Of a DNA stretch of 64,000 nucleotides, positions 1-9,602 are shown one piece after another. This DNA is from Armatimonadota bacterium. GTDB taxonomy: Bacteria; Armatimonadota; SYMT01. The stretch is from assembly GCA_046292385.1 (NCBI GenBank), contig JBKBRF010000014.1, positions 79,066 to 143,065 on the forward strand, in the 5' to 3' direction. A program made the position numbers and the translations under genes. Each line of letters starts with the position of its first letter. Within the stretch, counting starts at the first letter, position 1. Under the pieces are notes generated by a model. It was given only the letters and a program-made list of their open reading frames with translations. It did not search any database and was not told where the DNA came from.

Positions 1-965
1 AGATCTTCGTGCCGTACGACCAGGGCCAGCCGCGTCCGGAAGACTCGCTGGACGGGATGGGCGTCAACCTGGTCGAGCTGCTCCCCGGAAAGGACTGCAT
101 CCCCGGCACGATCTGCCGCATGCTCAATGCCGAGGGCAAGGAAGAGGGGAAGCGGCTGGTGGGGCTGCACGAGGAATACACCGGCCTGAACTACCTGGGC
201 GACCAGGGCCGCTCCTACGGCAAGATGCTGGTGCTCTGGGGCAGCTCCCGGCTGGGGAAGTACACCTACTTTCTCCGGTGGCGGTTCAGCAGCGACGGCA
301 GCATGCACCCGGACGTGGGCCTCACCGGCCGCCTGGAGCATACCCGCCCCGGAACCACCACGCCGCACGGCACGCAGGTGGGGCGCGAATCGAACGGTGA
401 GCCGGTCTTCGCGCCGTCGCACGTCCACAATTTCTACTACCGCCTCGACTTCGACATCGACGGCGCCGCGGACGACGTGGTGGAGGAATCGAGCCACAAG
501 CAGGACCAGCCCGGCCGGAGCCTCACCGCCCAGGACCAGTGGACGCCGGTGCTCCGGGAGGGCGGCCGCAGCCTCGACTCGGACGCGTTCCGCACCTGGC
601 GGGTGGTCGACAAGAATTCGAAGAACGCCCTCGGACACCGGCGCTCCTACGAGCTGATGCCGGGCGGCAACGGCCGGTTCCGCGGCGCGGCGGAGGAGGC
701 GTTCACCCAGGCCGACCTGTGGGTGACGCGCTACCGCCCCAACGAATTCCCGCTCAGCTCCGAGGTCCCGGTCCCCACCCGCCTCGCGCTGCCGCTCTTC
801 ACCAACCGGGAGCCGCTGGCGGAGCAGGACGTGGTGGTCTGGTACACGATGTCGGTCCACCATATCCCCCGCACGGAAGACTGGCCCGCCATGCCGGTCG
901 TCTGGGCCGGCTTCAACCTGATGCCGAGAGACTTCCTGGACGGCAGCCCTTTGCGGCCGCAGTAG
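1..965 (+). CDS. Copper amine oxidase family protein, C-terminal catalytic domain (5' end truncated by window edge)
   Basis: HVHNFYYRLDFDIDG copper-ligand motif and HHIPRTEDWPAMPV C-terminal motif; the frame is open back to the window start. Confidence 0.85.
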   Translation, partial: IFVPYDQGQPRPEDSLDGMGVNLVELLPGKDCIPGTICRMLNAEGKEEGKRLVGLHEEYTGLNYLGDQGRSYGKMLVLWGSSRLGKYTYFLRWRFSSDGSMHPDVGLTGRLEHTRPGTTTPHGTQVGRESNGEPVFAPSHVHNFYYRLDFDIDGAADDVVEESSHKQDQPGRSLTAQDQWTPVLREGGRSLDSDAFRTWRVVDKNSKNALGHRRSYELMPGGNGRFRGAAEEAFTQADLWVTRYRPNEFPLSSEVPVPTRLALPLFTNREPLAEQDVVVWYTMSVHHIPRTEDWPAMPVVWAGFNLMPRDFLDGSPLRPQ

Positions 966-977
966 CGGCCGGTTGAG

Positions 978-1006
978 GGTCTAGCGTTTAGGGTGTAGGG
1001 TGTAGG
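978..1006 (+). repeat. Lone arm of the TAGGGTG heptamer repeat family
   Basis: gggtctagcgtttagggtgtagggtgtagg; same unit as at 10584-10614. Confidence 0.6.
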
Positions 1007-1177
1007 AGCTCGGCAGCCTGGCTCACCCAAACCGACGCGCACGGCTTCATCGGTAAGCGTCGCGCTGGGGCCGGACCGACCGTGCGCGGGAGGTTCGGAT
1101 TCCGCACTCCGTCCTCTGCACTCCGCCCTAAAGTCATCCGCTCGCACGTCTCCCTATCTCCTGACGAGGCCCTGACC

Positions 1178-1915
1178 GTGACGTTTCCTTTCTCACCCAT
1201 CACCTATCTGGAGCCGCTCGACGTGGGGCGGGAGATCCAGCTCGACGCGCGGACGATGGAGGCGCTGGTGTTCCGGCAGATCCGAGTCTCGGAGGCGTTC
1301 ACCCTGCGGGACTCCGCGGGCGACTACTTCCGGGCCAGCCTGCGCGAGGCGGGTCCCCGGGGTGGGGCGGCCGTGGTCTACGAGCGGATGGAGCGCTCCC
1401 CGGAGAGTCCGCTGCAGCTCTCCCTCTACTGCGCGGTGCTCGCCCGGCAGCGGATGATGCTGGTGACCCAGAAGGCGACGGAGCTCGGGGTAGTCCGGCT
1501 GCAGCCGCTCTTCACGGAGCACTCGGTTCCGCCGGAAGGGCTGCAGCATGAGAAGGCGCACGCCTGGCCCAACCAGGCGCTGCGGGCGGTGCGCCAGTGC
1601 CGCCGCGCCAGCGTGCCGGAGGTCCGCCCTACCGTGCCGCTAGCCGAAGCCGTGCAGTACCCCACCTGGCAGCGGGCGGAGGCGCGCTTCTACCTGGATG
1701 ACCGCGCCGCGGAGAAGACACAGCTCTGGCGCGGCCCGCGGGAAGTGGTGCTGGCGGTCGGTCCCGAGGGCGGCTGGAGCGACCCCGAGCGCAGCCTCCT
1801 CCAGGCCTCCGGCGCTCTTCCCCTCGCCCTCGGCGGCCGCGTCCTCCGCTCCGAGACGGCGGTACTGGTCGGCGTTACCCTCCTGCAGCACCTGCTGGGC
1901 GACCTGCAAGTCTAA
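1178..1915 (+). CDS. rsmE: 16S rRNA m3U1498 methyltransferase RsmE
   Basis: QKATELGV, VGPEGGWS and LGGRVLRSETA SPOUT motifs; GTG start at 1178 is a best guess. Confidence 0.9.
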   Translation: MTFPFSPITYLEPLDVGREIQLDARTMEALVFRQIRVSEAFTLRDSAGDYFRASLREAGPRGGAAVVYERMERSPESPLQLSLYCAVLARQRMMLVTQKATELGVVRLQPLFTEHSVPPEGLQHEKAHAWPNQALRAVRQCRRASVPEVRPTVPLAEAVQYPTWQRAEARFYLDDRAAEKTQLWRGPREVVLAVGPEGGWSDPERSLLQASGALPLALGGRVLRSETAVLVGVTLLQHLLGDLQV

Positions 1916-1930
1916 TCAGCCCGAGCGGAG

Positions 1931-2135
1931 GTGTAAGAAAAGGGGATAGGGGGATGTATTGGGGATGGGGGGGATGTTTGGGGAAGCTAGCCGCGCCGCG
2001 GCTCGACTGATCCCGTGGAGCCAGCAGCGCCGCTGGCGTGACCGTCACCCGAGCATGGAGCCAGTTTCGGTTCCCGCACGCCAGGACTGAATCCCATCAT
2101 CCCCTCATCCCCGTTCCTACATCTCCTCATCCCCT
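1931..2135. repeat. ~200-bp MITE-like element with GGGGAT-type imperfect terminal inverted repeats
   Basis: Left end gtgtaagaaaaggggatagggggatgtattggggatg closely matches 47459; complementary catcccc array at 2098-2135. Confidence 0.7.
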
Positions 2136-2152
2136 GAGAAGGTCCGGATCGC

Positions 2153-4327
2153 CTATTGCTCCACGGTCAGGTCGTCGATCAGCAGCGCGCCTTTTGGTTT
2201 GCGGGTGTCGTCCGGCTCTACCACGTAGACGGCTTCCAGCGAGATCGGGCCGGGGAGGTCTTCCGAGAGGGGGACGCGGAGCTCGCGCCAGGTGTCTTTC
2301 CAGTCGACGTTCCGGGCGATATCGACCAGGTGGGACGCTCCCTTCGCGTCCCGCAGCCGCGCGCGGAGCCAGGTGCCGAGTCCGTCACCAAAGACCCAGA
2401 GCTTGAACGCCAGCGGCTGGCCCAGCGGACGGCTGGCGAGGGCGTAGACGGCGCGGGTACCGGTGCCGGTGGTGAGGTCGTATTCCAGCCGCAGCGCGCG
2501 GGAGCCGGAGCGGGCTTTGCCGGCGCTGATCTGCACGGAGCCCTGCGCGCCGCCCGCGGTCTGGACTTTCCAGGCGCCGTCGGTCTCGAAGTCGTCCAGC
2601 GCCTTCGCGGCGCCGACCGCCACTTCCACCATCGCCTCGCCGGCGACGCCGTTCACCAGTGCCCGGACCACGCCGCGCGCCGCCGCTTCGCCCGTCAGCA
2701 GCGTGCCGTCCGCGGCGAGCGTCCCGAGCTCCGGCGTGGCCTCCCACCGCACCTCGCCGGGCAGCGCCAGCGGCCGGCCGCGGGAGTCGACGGCGCGGAC
2801 CGTGAAGGTAGACTGCAGGCGGGTGCCGAGGCGGGTGCTGCCGGTGACGACCACCTGCGACGGCCGCGGGTAGACGCGCACCGGGATCTCGCCCGCGGCG
2901 GCGCCGGCTTCCACGCGGATCCGGCCTTCAAGATACTCCGCGCCGGCGGGCGGCGAGGCTTCGGCCGAAGCGACGAAGCGGCCGTCCCGCACCGTCCCGA
3001 GCGCAGGATCGACACTCCAGCGCGCCGCTTCGGCCGGGAGCGCCACCGGGTTGTAGTGCTGGTCCTCACCCGTGAGTGAAAGAGGCACTTCGGCACCGGC
3101 CAGCGCCGCCACTTCGCCCGGGGTGGTGATGATGCGCACCGCCTCGCCCTTCGGCGCGGTGCTGAAGACGAGCAGGCCGTTTGCGACGGGGCGCTCCCGG
3201 CCGTCCGACGGTCGGTTCAGGATGCTGCCGCGCATCCAGAGAGTGGTGGAGCCGCCGCCGTCCATGTTCAGCGCGTCGGTGCAGCCGAGATCGACCATCG
3301 CCTGCGCCAGCTCGGGCAGGCTCATCCCGATGCTCTGTCCGGGCAGGCGCCCGTCCACCGTAAACAGGTAGAGCTTGCTGCCGTTGAAGCCGATGGCGGT
3401 GCGCGGATGGCGGGTGCGCGCAAAGGCGCCGTCGATGCTGCCGGCTTCCTTCTCGATCGAGACGCGGCCGTTGCGCACGAGGCGCGGCCCACCGCCGAGC
3501 AGCTGGTCTCCGGGGCCGACGGCAGGGTCGAAGTCGATCTTCAGCTCCAGCACGTCGTCCGGCTTCAGGCCGCGCAGCAGGAAGCCCGCCGGTCCGGAGC
3601 CGGAGAGCACCCAGCCGCCGGGCGCGATCGGCGCGTTCCCGGCACCGCTCTGGACCGCCCGCACCCGCGCCCGGTGGACTACTCCGTTTTGCAGCGGGAA
3701 CTGCTCGGGCTCCAGGTAGACTTCCGTCCCCTCGGCAGAGGTACGTGTAGACGGCCCGAACCACGGGGTATAGATCACCAGCTGGTTTGCGCCGCGCGGG
3801 TGGTTCACGGAGGTGATCTCGCGCTCGATGCCGCTGGGGAGCGCCAGCTTGCCGGTGGCGCGGAAGATCTGGATCGACGGAGTCCCGCTCTGGGGGAGCA
3901 CCAGGCAGGAGCGGTTGAACGGGGTCCGGATCACCTCGCCGTTTAGAATGGCGGCATTTGTGGGGATGCCCGGCTGCTGGGTGCTGGGGTAGTAGAAGAA
4001 GTCGCCGTTCACGCCGGCGATCGGGTAGCGGGTCTCCTGCGTCAGCCGCTCGGCCTGGCGGGAAAGCGGCTCCAGGCCGAGGGTGCCGCCGCGGCCGAGG
4101 GAGACCCCGAGCTGGATCAGCGGCTGGGTGGTGTCCACTTCCACCGCGTAACAGACGTTCGGACCCTCCGCGGAGGCGCGGGTCCACTGCAGGAGCCGCA
4201 CCCCCGGCCCGATGAAGCGCTCCGAGCGCTCCTGGGCCGCGGCGCCGGCGCAGAGGGCGAGCACGGCGCATAGAATGAAGACGAGCGAGGTGCGGCGGCG
4301 GATCACAGAACCGGGCAAGGCGGGCAT
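2153..4327 (-). CDS. Exported phosphodiester glycosidase (NAGPA/DUF2233) family protein with Ig-like and carbohydrate-binding-like C-terminal modules
   Basis: Signal peptide; GVNGDFF, HPRTAIG, ALNMDGGGSTT and RPVANGL motifs. Confidence 0.85.
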   Translation of the reverse strand: MPALPGSVIRRRTSLVFILCAVLALCAGAAAQERSERFIGPGVRLLQWTRASAEGPNVCYAVEVDTTQPLIQLGVSLGRGGTLGLEPLSRQAERLTQETRYPIAGVNGDFFYYPSTQQPGIPTNAAILNGEVIRTPFNRSCLVLPQSGTPSIQIFRATGKLALPSGIEREITSVNHPRGANQLVIYTPWFGPSTRTSAEGTEVYLEPEQFPLQNGVVHRARVRAVQSGAGNAPIAPGGWVLSGSGPAGFLLRGLKPDDVLELKIDFDPAVGPGDQLLGGGPRLVRNGRVSIEKEAGSIDGAFARTRHPRTAIGFNGSKLYLFTVDGRLPGQSIGMSLPELAQAMVDLGCTDALNMDGGGSTTLWMRGSILNRPSDGRERPVANGLLVFSTAPKGEAVRIITTPGEVAALAGAEVPLSLTGEDQHYNPVALPAEAARWSVDPALGTVRDGRFVASAEASPPAGAEYLEGRIRVEAGAAAGEIPVRVYPRPSQVVVTGSTRLGTRLQSTFTVRAVDSRGRPLALPGEVRWEATPELGTLAADGTLLTGEAAARGVVRALVNGVAGEAMVEVAVGAAKALDDFETDGAWKVQTAGGAQGSVQISAGKARSGSRALRLEYDLTTGTGTRAVYALASRPLGQPLAFKLWVFGDGLGTWLRARLRDAKGASHLVDIARNVDWKDTWRELRVPLSEDLPGPISLEAVYVVEPDDTRKPKGALLIDDLTVEQ

Positions 4328-4406
4328 GGCACTAATATCCGGCGGGCGGGTGTCGATTTGACGTGAACTGAGGCGCCGCCTATCATGTCGGCCGGGAGAC
4401 TAGAGA

Positions 4407-6599
4407 ATGATCAGTCGGAGCGCCAAGCGGCGAATTAAGAAGATCCTGCTCTGGATGGAGGTGACGCTGATCCTCGTCCTGGGAGCCGGCATGGGCGTGG
4501 CGCTCGGCGTATTCTACCAGATGAATCGCCTCCTGCCGCCGGACGCCGCGCTGGACACCTACCGCGCGCCGGTGGGCACCAAGATCTACTCTTCGGACGG
4601 CGTGCTGCTGGCCAAGCTGGCGGAAGAGAACCGCGAGCCGGTGCCGCTGGAGAAGATCCCGAAGACGATGCAGGACGCGATCGTCGCGATCGAGGATGCC
4701 CGCTTCTACAGTCACAGCGGTCTCGACTACAAGGGTCTGGCACGCGCCCTCTGGACCAACGTGAGCGGCCGGGAGCTGGCGCAGGGCGCCAGCACCATCA
4801 CCATGCAGCTCGCGCGGAACATGTTCTTCAGCCAGAAGAAGAAGATGTCCCGGAAGGTCAAAGAGATCCTGATGGCGGTCCAGATCGAGCGGAAGTGGAC
4901 CAAGCGCCAGATCCTGGAAGCCTACCTGAACCAGGTTTACTTCGGAGCCGGCGCCTACGGCGTGCGCTCCGCGTCGCAGACCTACTTCCGCAAGAACCTC
5001 GACGACCTGACGCTGGAAGAAGCCGCACTCCTCGCCGGGCTGCCGCAGCGGCCCAGCGCGTTCAACCCGTTCCAGGTCCACGCCGAGGAGGGGAACTACA
5101 AGCGCACGAAGGCCCGGCGCGACGACGTGCTGGAGCGCATGGCGCAGCTCGGCTTCGTGACGCGCGAGCAGGCCGAAGAGGCGAAAGAGAAGCCGGTCAA
5201 GGTAGCCAAGAGCCGCCCGCAGACCGTCGGCTACTTCAAGGCGAAGTATTTCTGCCAGTACGTGGTGGACGAGCTGAAGGAGCGGTACGGCTACGACCAG
5301 GACCTGATCGAGAAGGCGGGCCTTAAAGTCGTCACCACGCTGAACTGGAAGATGCAGCAGGAAGCGGAGAAGGCGGCGAAGCAGGGGCTGGCCAAGTACA
5401 GCGGCTGGGGCAACGTCTCCGAAGTGGCGCTGATCTCGCTCGATCCCAACAGCGGCTACATCCGCGCGATGGTCGGCGGCGTGCAGGAGCCGTGGGACAA
5501 GTACCAGTTCAACTGCGCCACGCAGGCGAAGCGGCAGCCGGGCTCGTCGTTCAAGACGTTCGTCTACGCGGCGGCGCTGCAGGCGGGGAAGACCCCCTAC
5601 TCCAGCGTAAACGGAAACGCCGCAATCCGGATGCCGGACGGCACGGTCTGGGCTCCGAAGAACCACGGCGGCGGTGGCGGCGGAATGATGTCGTACCGCA
5701 GCGCCTTCCAGAGCTCCGTCAACGGGGCGGCGGCGAACGTCTGCTACGACGTGGGCCCGCGCAACGTGGCCAACCTGGCGATGCGCCTCGGCCTGGAAGG
5801 TCCGATCCCGGCGTACCCGTCGATCGCGCTCGGGACGATCGAGGCGACGCCGCTGGAGATGGCCACCGCCTACGCGCCGTTTGCCGCGCGCGGAAAGAAG
5901 GCGGAGCCGCTGGCGATCCTCCGGATCCAGAACCAGGACGGCGAGATCGTGGAGGACGTGCAGCCGAAGGTGAAGGACTCCGGTCTGACCCCGCAGACGG
6001 TAGAGGGAATGGGCGAGCTGACCCGCGCCGTGGTAACGAGCGGGACCGGACGGGGCGCCAGCCGCGTGCCGAACGCCCACGGCAAGACCGGCACTACCGA
6101 GAAGAACACCGACGCCTGGTTCGTGGGCTACGTTCCCGGCGAGCTGGTGACGGCGGTCTGGGCGGGAAACCGGAACAACCGGCCGATGTCGCACAGCCTC
6201 TACGGCGGCACGATCTGCGCGCCGATCTGGGCGGACTACATGGAAGACGCCGTGAAGCTCAACCCGGCCAACAAGAAGAGACCGAAGGTGGAGACGCTGG
6301 CGAAGGAGGCGCGTCCGCGGCGGGCTCGCCCCCGGCCGGCGCCGGCGGCGCCTTCCGCGGACGAGAACGACCGCAACCGCGTGAGCGCTACGGTCTGCTC
6401 CGTGAGCGGGCTCCTGGCCCGGGACGGCTGCGAGAGCACGGAGCGGCTGGAGTTCCGGCTGGGACAGCAGCCGCTGACCCGCTGCACCCTCCACACCGGC
6501 GAGAAGCCGAAGCAGGACGCCAAGAAAGAGGAGTCGCAGAAAGCAGACGCCCCGGACGCCGGGACGCTCGCCCCCGCAGCCGCCGGCACGAGCGACTGA
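4407..6599 (+). CDS. Class A penicillin-binding protein (PBP1A family; transglycosylase + transpeptidase)
   Basis: N-terminal TM; EDARFYSH, GASTITMQ, RKVKE; SSFK (SxxK), SVN (SxN), KTG. Confidence 0.95.
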   Translation: MISRSAKRRIKKILLWMEVTLILVLGAGMGVALGVFYQMNRLLPPDAALDTYRAPVGTKIYSSDGVLLAKLAEENREPVPLEKIPKTMQDAIVAIEDARFYSHSGLDYKGLARALWTNVSGRELAQGASTITMQLARNMFFSQKKKMSRKVKEILMAVQIERKWTKRQILEAYLNQVYFGAGAYGVRSASQTYFRKNLDDLTLEEAALLAGLPQRPSAFNPFQVHAEEGNYKRTKARRDDVLERMAQLGFVTREQAEEAKEKPVKVAKSRPQTVGYFKAKYFCQYVVDELKERYGYDQDLIEKAGLKVVTTLNWKMQQEAEKAAKQGLAKYSGWGNVSEVALISLDPNSGYIRAMVGGVQEPWDKYQFNCATQAKRQPGSSFKTFVYAAALQAGKTPYSSVNGNAAIRMPDGTVWAPKNHGGGGGGMMSYRSAFQSSVNGAAANVCYDVGPRNVANLAMRLGLEGPIPAYPSIALGTIEATPLEMATAYAPFAARGKKAEPLAILRIQNQDGEIVEDVQPKVKDSGLTPQTVEGMGELTRAVVTSGTGRGASRVPNAHGKTGTTEKNTDAWFVGYVPGELVTAVWAGNRNNRPMSHSLYGGTICAPIWADYMEDAVKLNPANKKRPKVETLAKEARPRRARPRPAPAAPSADENDRNRVSATVCSVSGLLARDGCESTERLEFRLGQQPLTRCTLHTGEKPKQDAKKEESQKADAPDAGTLAPAAAGTSD

Positions 6600-6626
6600 C
6601 GCCCCCTCGCGCCCCTGACATGGGAA

Positions 6627-6668
6627 AGACCGGGATGGCAGCTACTCGCCATCCCGGTCTGCTTTTGT
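6627..6668 (+). terminator. Probable intrinsic terminator
   Basis: 13-bp perfect stem agaccgggatggc/gccatcccggtct followed by gcttttgt, between convergent genes. Confidence 0.75.
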
Positions 6669-6693
6669 CCGGCCCCGAAAACGCGCGGCTCGC

Positions 6694-7266
6694 TCAGCGC
6701 GGCTCCGGCAAGGTAAAGAGCGCGCCTACCCGGCAGCGGAGGTCCGGGATCAGCTCCGGCGCGGTCAGCTCGTCTTCGTCGCCGAGCCGCTCCACCGTCC
6801 CGTCCGCGCGATAGACGTGAACTGCCCTCAGCTCGGGGTTTACCCGCCAGACCAGCGGAACGCCGGCGCGGAGGTACTCCTCGACCTTGAGGTCGATCTC
6901 GTACGCCGTGTCGTTGGGGGAGAGCACCTCTACCGCCAGATCGGGGGCGATCCTGACGTGCCCCCGCGGGATGCGCTCCTCCGGAAGGCGCCCGCGGCGG
7001 ATAAAGGAGACGTCCGGCCTCCGCACCTTCCGCGGATGGTTCCGGAAGCACTGGTAGCTCGCTCCCGACTCGAGCGCCCAGCCAAGCCCCTGATCCTGTC
7101 CCAGCGTTGCCAGAAGCTGCAGGATCCGTGCGGCAACCCAGCTCGCGAAGCTCCCCGTGCCCTTCTTCACCAACCGCCCCTTCACGAGCTTGAATCCCTT
7201 TCCGCCGCCTGCCAGCTTCAGCAAGGATTCCGGCGTGTGGGTTGGCTCCGGCACGGCTGCGCTCAT
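6694..7266 (-). CDS. Uma2 family PD-(D/E)xK endonuclease-like protein
   Basis: RRPDVSFI, PDLAVEVLSP, KVEEYLRAGVPLVWRVNP. Confidence 0.9.
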   Translation of the reverse strand: MSAAVPEPTHTPESLLKLAGGGKGFKLVKGRLVKKGTGSFASWVAARILQLLATLGQDQGLGWALESGASYQCFRNHPRKVRRPDVSFIRRGRLPEERIPRGHVRIAPDLAVEVLSPNDTAYEIDLKVEEYLRAGVPLVWRVNPELRAVHVYRADGTVERLGDEDELTAPELIPDLRCRVGALFTLPEPR

Positions 7267-7356
7267 GGCACTTCTCCCAAAGCAGCGGACGGCATGGTCC
7301 TATCTCACAATACGGGAACACCCGTTCCCGGCTCGGTGGCGGAGAACTGGGGCGGC

Positions 7357-8607
7357 TTAGAACCGGTCCAGCTCGGAGATGAACGGCTCGCCGGCGGGGA
7401 AGAGCTGGTCCGCAAGCTCCAGCGCGCCCTCGCCGGAGACGCGCGCCAGCTCCTGGGAGACGGCCTCCGAAGGGGAGAGGTAGCCGCAGGCGAGCTGGGA
7501 GAAGACCTGGATGCTGCTCTCCAGGTACGGCTCGGCGGGGGCGTCGGGGCGGAGGTGGACGCGTGCGCCGTCGTGGGAGACGGTGACCGGCTCGGAGTTC
7601 TCCGGCAGCGCGTCATCGGAGATTCGAAAGCAGAGCGCGCCCGGCATCGCTCCGGCGGTCTCCGCGGCGAGCCGCAGCATGCCGGGGAGATCGACTACCC
7701 GGAACTGGAACATCGGCCGGGTGGTGACGATGCTCCGCGGCTTGAAGCCCTCCCGCAGGGGGGCCGTGGAGTGCAGGAGGCCGCTGGCGCAAAGCGAGAC
7801 CGAGTCGGCGTGCCACTCGATCGACTCGCCGCCGAACTCGGAGAGGGAGCCGATCAGCGCGCGCCAGGCCCTCGGAGAGGCGGCGTCCATCTCCAGCACT
7901 CGCAGCACGCGACCGCCGTAGTTGTCGCGCGCTTCGGTGGAGATCAGGTAGCCATCGATCCGATTCTCGCCGACGCAGCGCGTGGTGAGGACGGGATCGC
8001 CGCAGACCCGTTGCCAGCGCGGCTCCGGCCGGGCGAGGGCGCAGGTGGCGCGCTCCAGCCGCTCCGTATAGAACCGCGTGAGCCGCGGGACGTCCTCCGG
8101 CTGGGCCAACCGAACCGTCCGGCGCTCGGAGAACGCCGGCAGGCAGTTGGGGCGGCTCCAGAAGTGGCAGTGATTGCCGCCCAGCTCGTAGCCGAACTTA
8201 CGGTAGTAGCGGAACGAGAACGGGAAGAGGACGGAAGCGGGCACCCCCTGCGCGCGCAGGTGACGGAGGCTGTCCCGGATCAGCGCGCTGGCGTAGCCCT
8301 GGTTCTGCTGCTCCGGATCGGTCGCCACGTGCCGGATGCCGCCCAACGGCACCGCCGCCCCCCGGATTCGGAGCTCCGCCCGCAGCAGGGTGAGGCAGGA
8401 GACCACGCGGTCCCCGAGGGCGACCACCCGGAGCTCGTCGGAGCTGCCGGGATGGGCCGGCGGGGCCTCGCCTTCCAGGTTGAAGGCTGCGCGCTGAAGC
8501 CGCCAGGCCGCCGCCCGCTCCTGGGAGTCGGCGCCGCGAACCTCCGGCAGGCGGTGCCGGACGGGCTGGGGAGGAAGCTGTAGATGGGGTGCCGCTGTAC
8601 TTGCCAC
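7357..8607 (-). CDS. Eis-like GNAT acetyltransferase with C-terminal SCP2-like domain
   Basis: GGIRHVATDPEQQNQGYAS and SVLFPFSFRYYRKFGYE; GTG start at 8607 follows GGAG. Confidence 0.85.
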   Translation of the reverse strand: MASTAAPHLQLPPQPVRHRLPEVRGADSQERAAAWRLQRAAFNLEGEAPPAHPGSSDELRVVALGDRVVSCLTLLRAELRIRGAAVPLGGIRHVATDPEQQNQGYASALIRDSLRHLRAQGVPASVLFPFSFRYYRKFGYELGGNHCHFWSRPNCLPAFSERRTVRLAQPEDVPRLTRFYTERLERATCALARPEPRWQRVCGDPVLTTRCVGENRIDGYLISTEARDNYGGRVLRVLEMDAASPRAWRALIGSLSEFGGESIEWHADSVSLCASGLLHSTAPLREGFKPRSIVTTRPMFQFRVVDLPGMLRLAAETAGAMPGALCFRISDDALPENSEPVTVSHDGARVHLRPDAPAEPYLESSIQVFSQLACGYLSPSEAVSQELARVSGEGALELADQLFPAGEPFISELDRF

Positions 8608-8949
8608 GACATTCTCCGGGCAGCCGACGTCCGTAATGATACCCCCGCAATCCGCCCGACTGCCAGATTCGGGATCGAGCGCCGAATCGAGCCGCGGGTC
8701 CCCGGCGCCGCGTCGCGCGCTCGTCCATAGGCGCTGCCGATACCCGGTATGAGAACTTCGATGAAACAGCTCTGCGGGTGTGTACGTCTGAGGAGCCGGA
8801 GCGATTCTCCGTGACAGGCGGGCCTCCAGCCAAAATCGCTGACAGCCTGCCACCCTGGCCCGTAATCTATATTCGGGAGTGCGGACATGTCCGCACCCGC
8901 GGTTTCTCACCCCGGCCCAGGCCGAACCCCGGAAGGAGGTGATACGCAG

Positions 8950-9486
8950 ATGAAGAAGCTAGCCCTCATCCTCGCAGCGCTCGGGATGGCCGTCTCCGCC
9001 TTTGCGGCGAACGTCGAGTCCGGACTGAAGCCCGGCGAGCGATTGTCGCCATTTGACGTGGTGGACATCTCCGGCCCCGACAAGGGAAAGCAGCTCTGCA
9101 TCGTTTGAAAGAACGGTGGATCGCCGAACGTCGTTGCCTTTGTCAAGGACGAACCGGCGAAGGCTGCCAGTTTGGCAGCCCAGATCGAAAAGCTTGTTGA
9201 GACGCACAAGGGAGACAACCTCCGCGGCTGGGTGGTGTACATGGGCGGTGCGGAGTCGAAGCCCGCGCTCGAGAAGGCAGTCGCCGACAAGAACGTGAAG
9301 CTCGCCGTCACCTTCCTGCCCGAGGGACCGAAGCAGGCCAGCCTGGCCCGCTACAAGGTCAACCCGGAAGCGAAGAACACCGTGCTGCTCTACAATCGCC
9401 AGCAGGTGCAGGGGAACTTCGTGAACGTCGACGAGAAGTCGTTCGACCAGGTCGCGAAGAAGGCGGCTGAGATGCTCGGCAAGTAA
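8950..9486 (+). CDS. Probable selenoprotein: exported thioredoxin/AhpC-like fold with CxxU motif (in-frame TGA at 9106-9108), 178 aa
   Basis: GGAGGT RBS, signal peptide, SGLKPGE..PFDVVDISGPDKGKQLCIV-TGA-KNGGSPNVVAFV; the same frame stays open to TAA 9486. Confidence 0.8.
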
Positions 9487-9602
9487 GCCCGGCGTCGCAG
9501 CGCGGTATCCCGCCAGACGTGGCGGCCCACCCACTCGGGTGGGCCGTCGTGTTGTACCGTCCCGGGAGGTGCCCGGCGGCGGGAAGCCGAAACTGGTGGC
9601 GC

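Noticed and set aside
6694..7266. Uma2 gene as a defence system or mobile element
   Set aside because: Solitary, no partner genes or flanking repeats; such genes are often scattered in many copies
8887..9486. Two separate small genes or a nonsense pseudogene
   Set aside because: Same frame, the TGA falls exactly at a CxxC-equivalent position, and both halves look intact; a pseudogene remains possible if Sec machinery is absent
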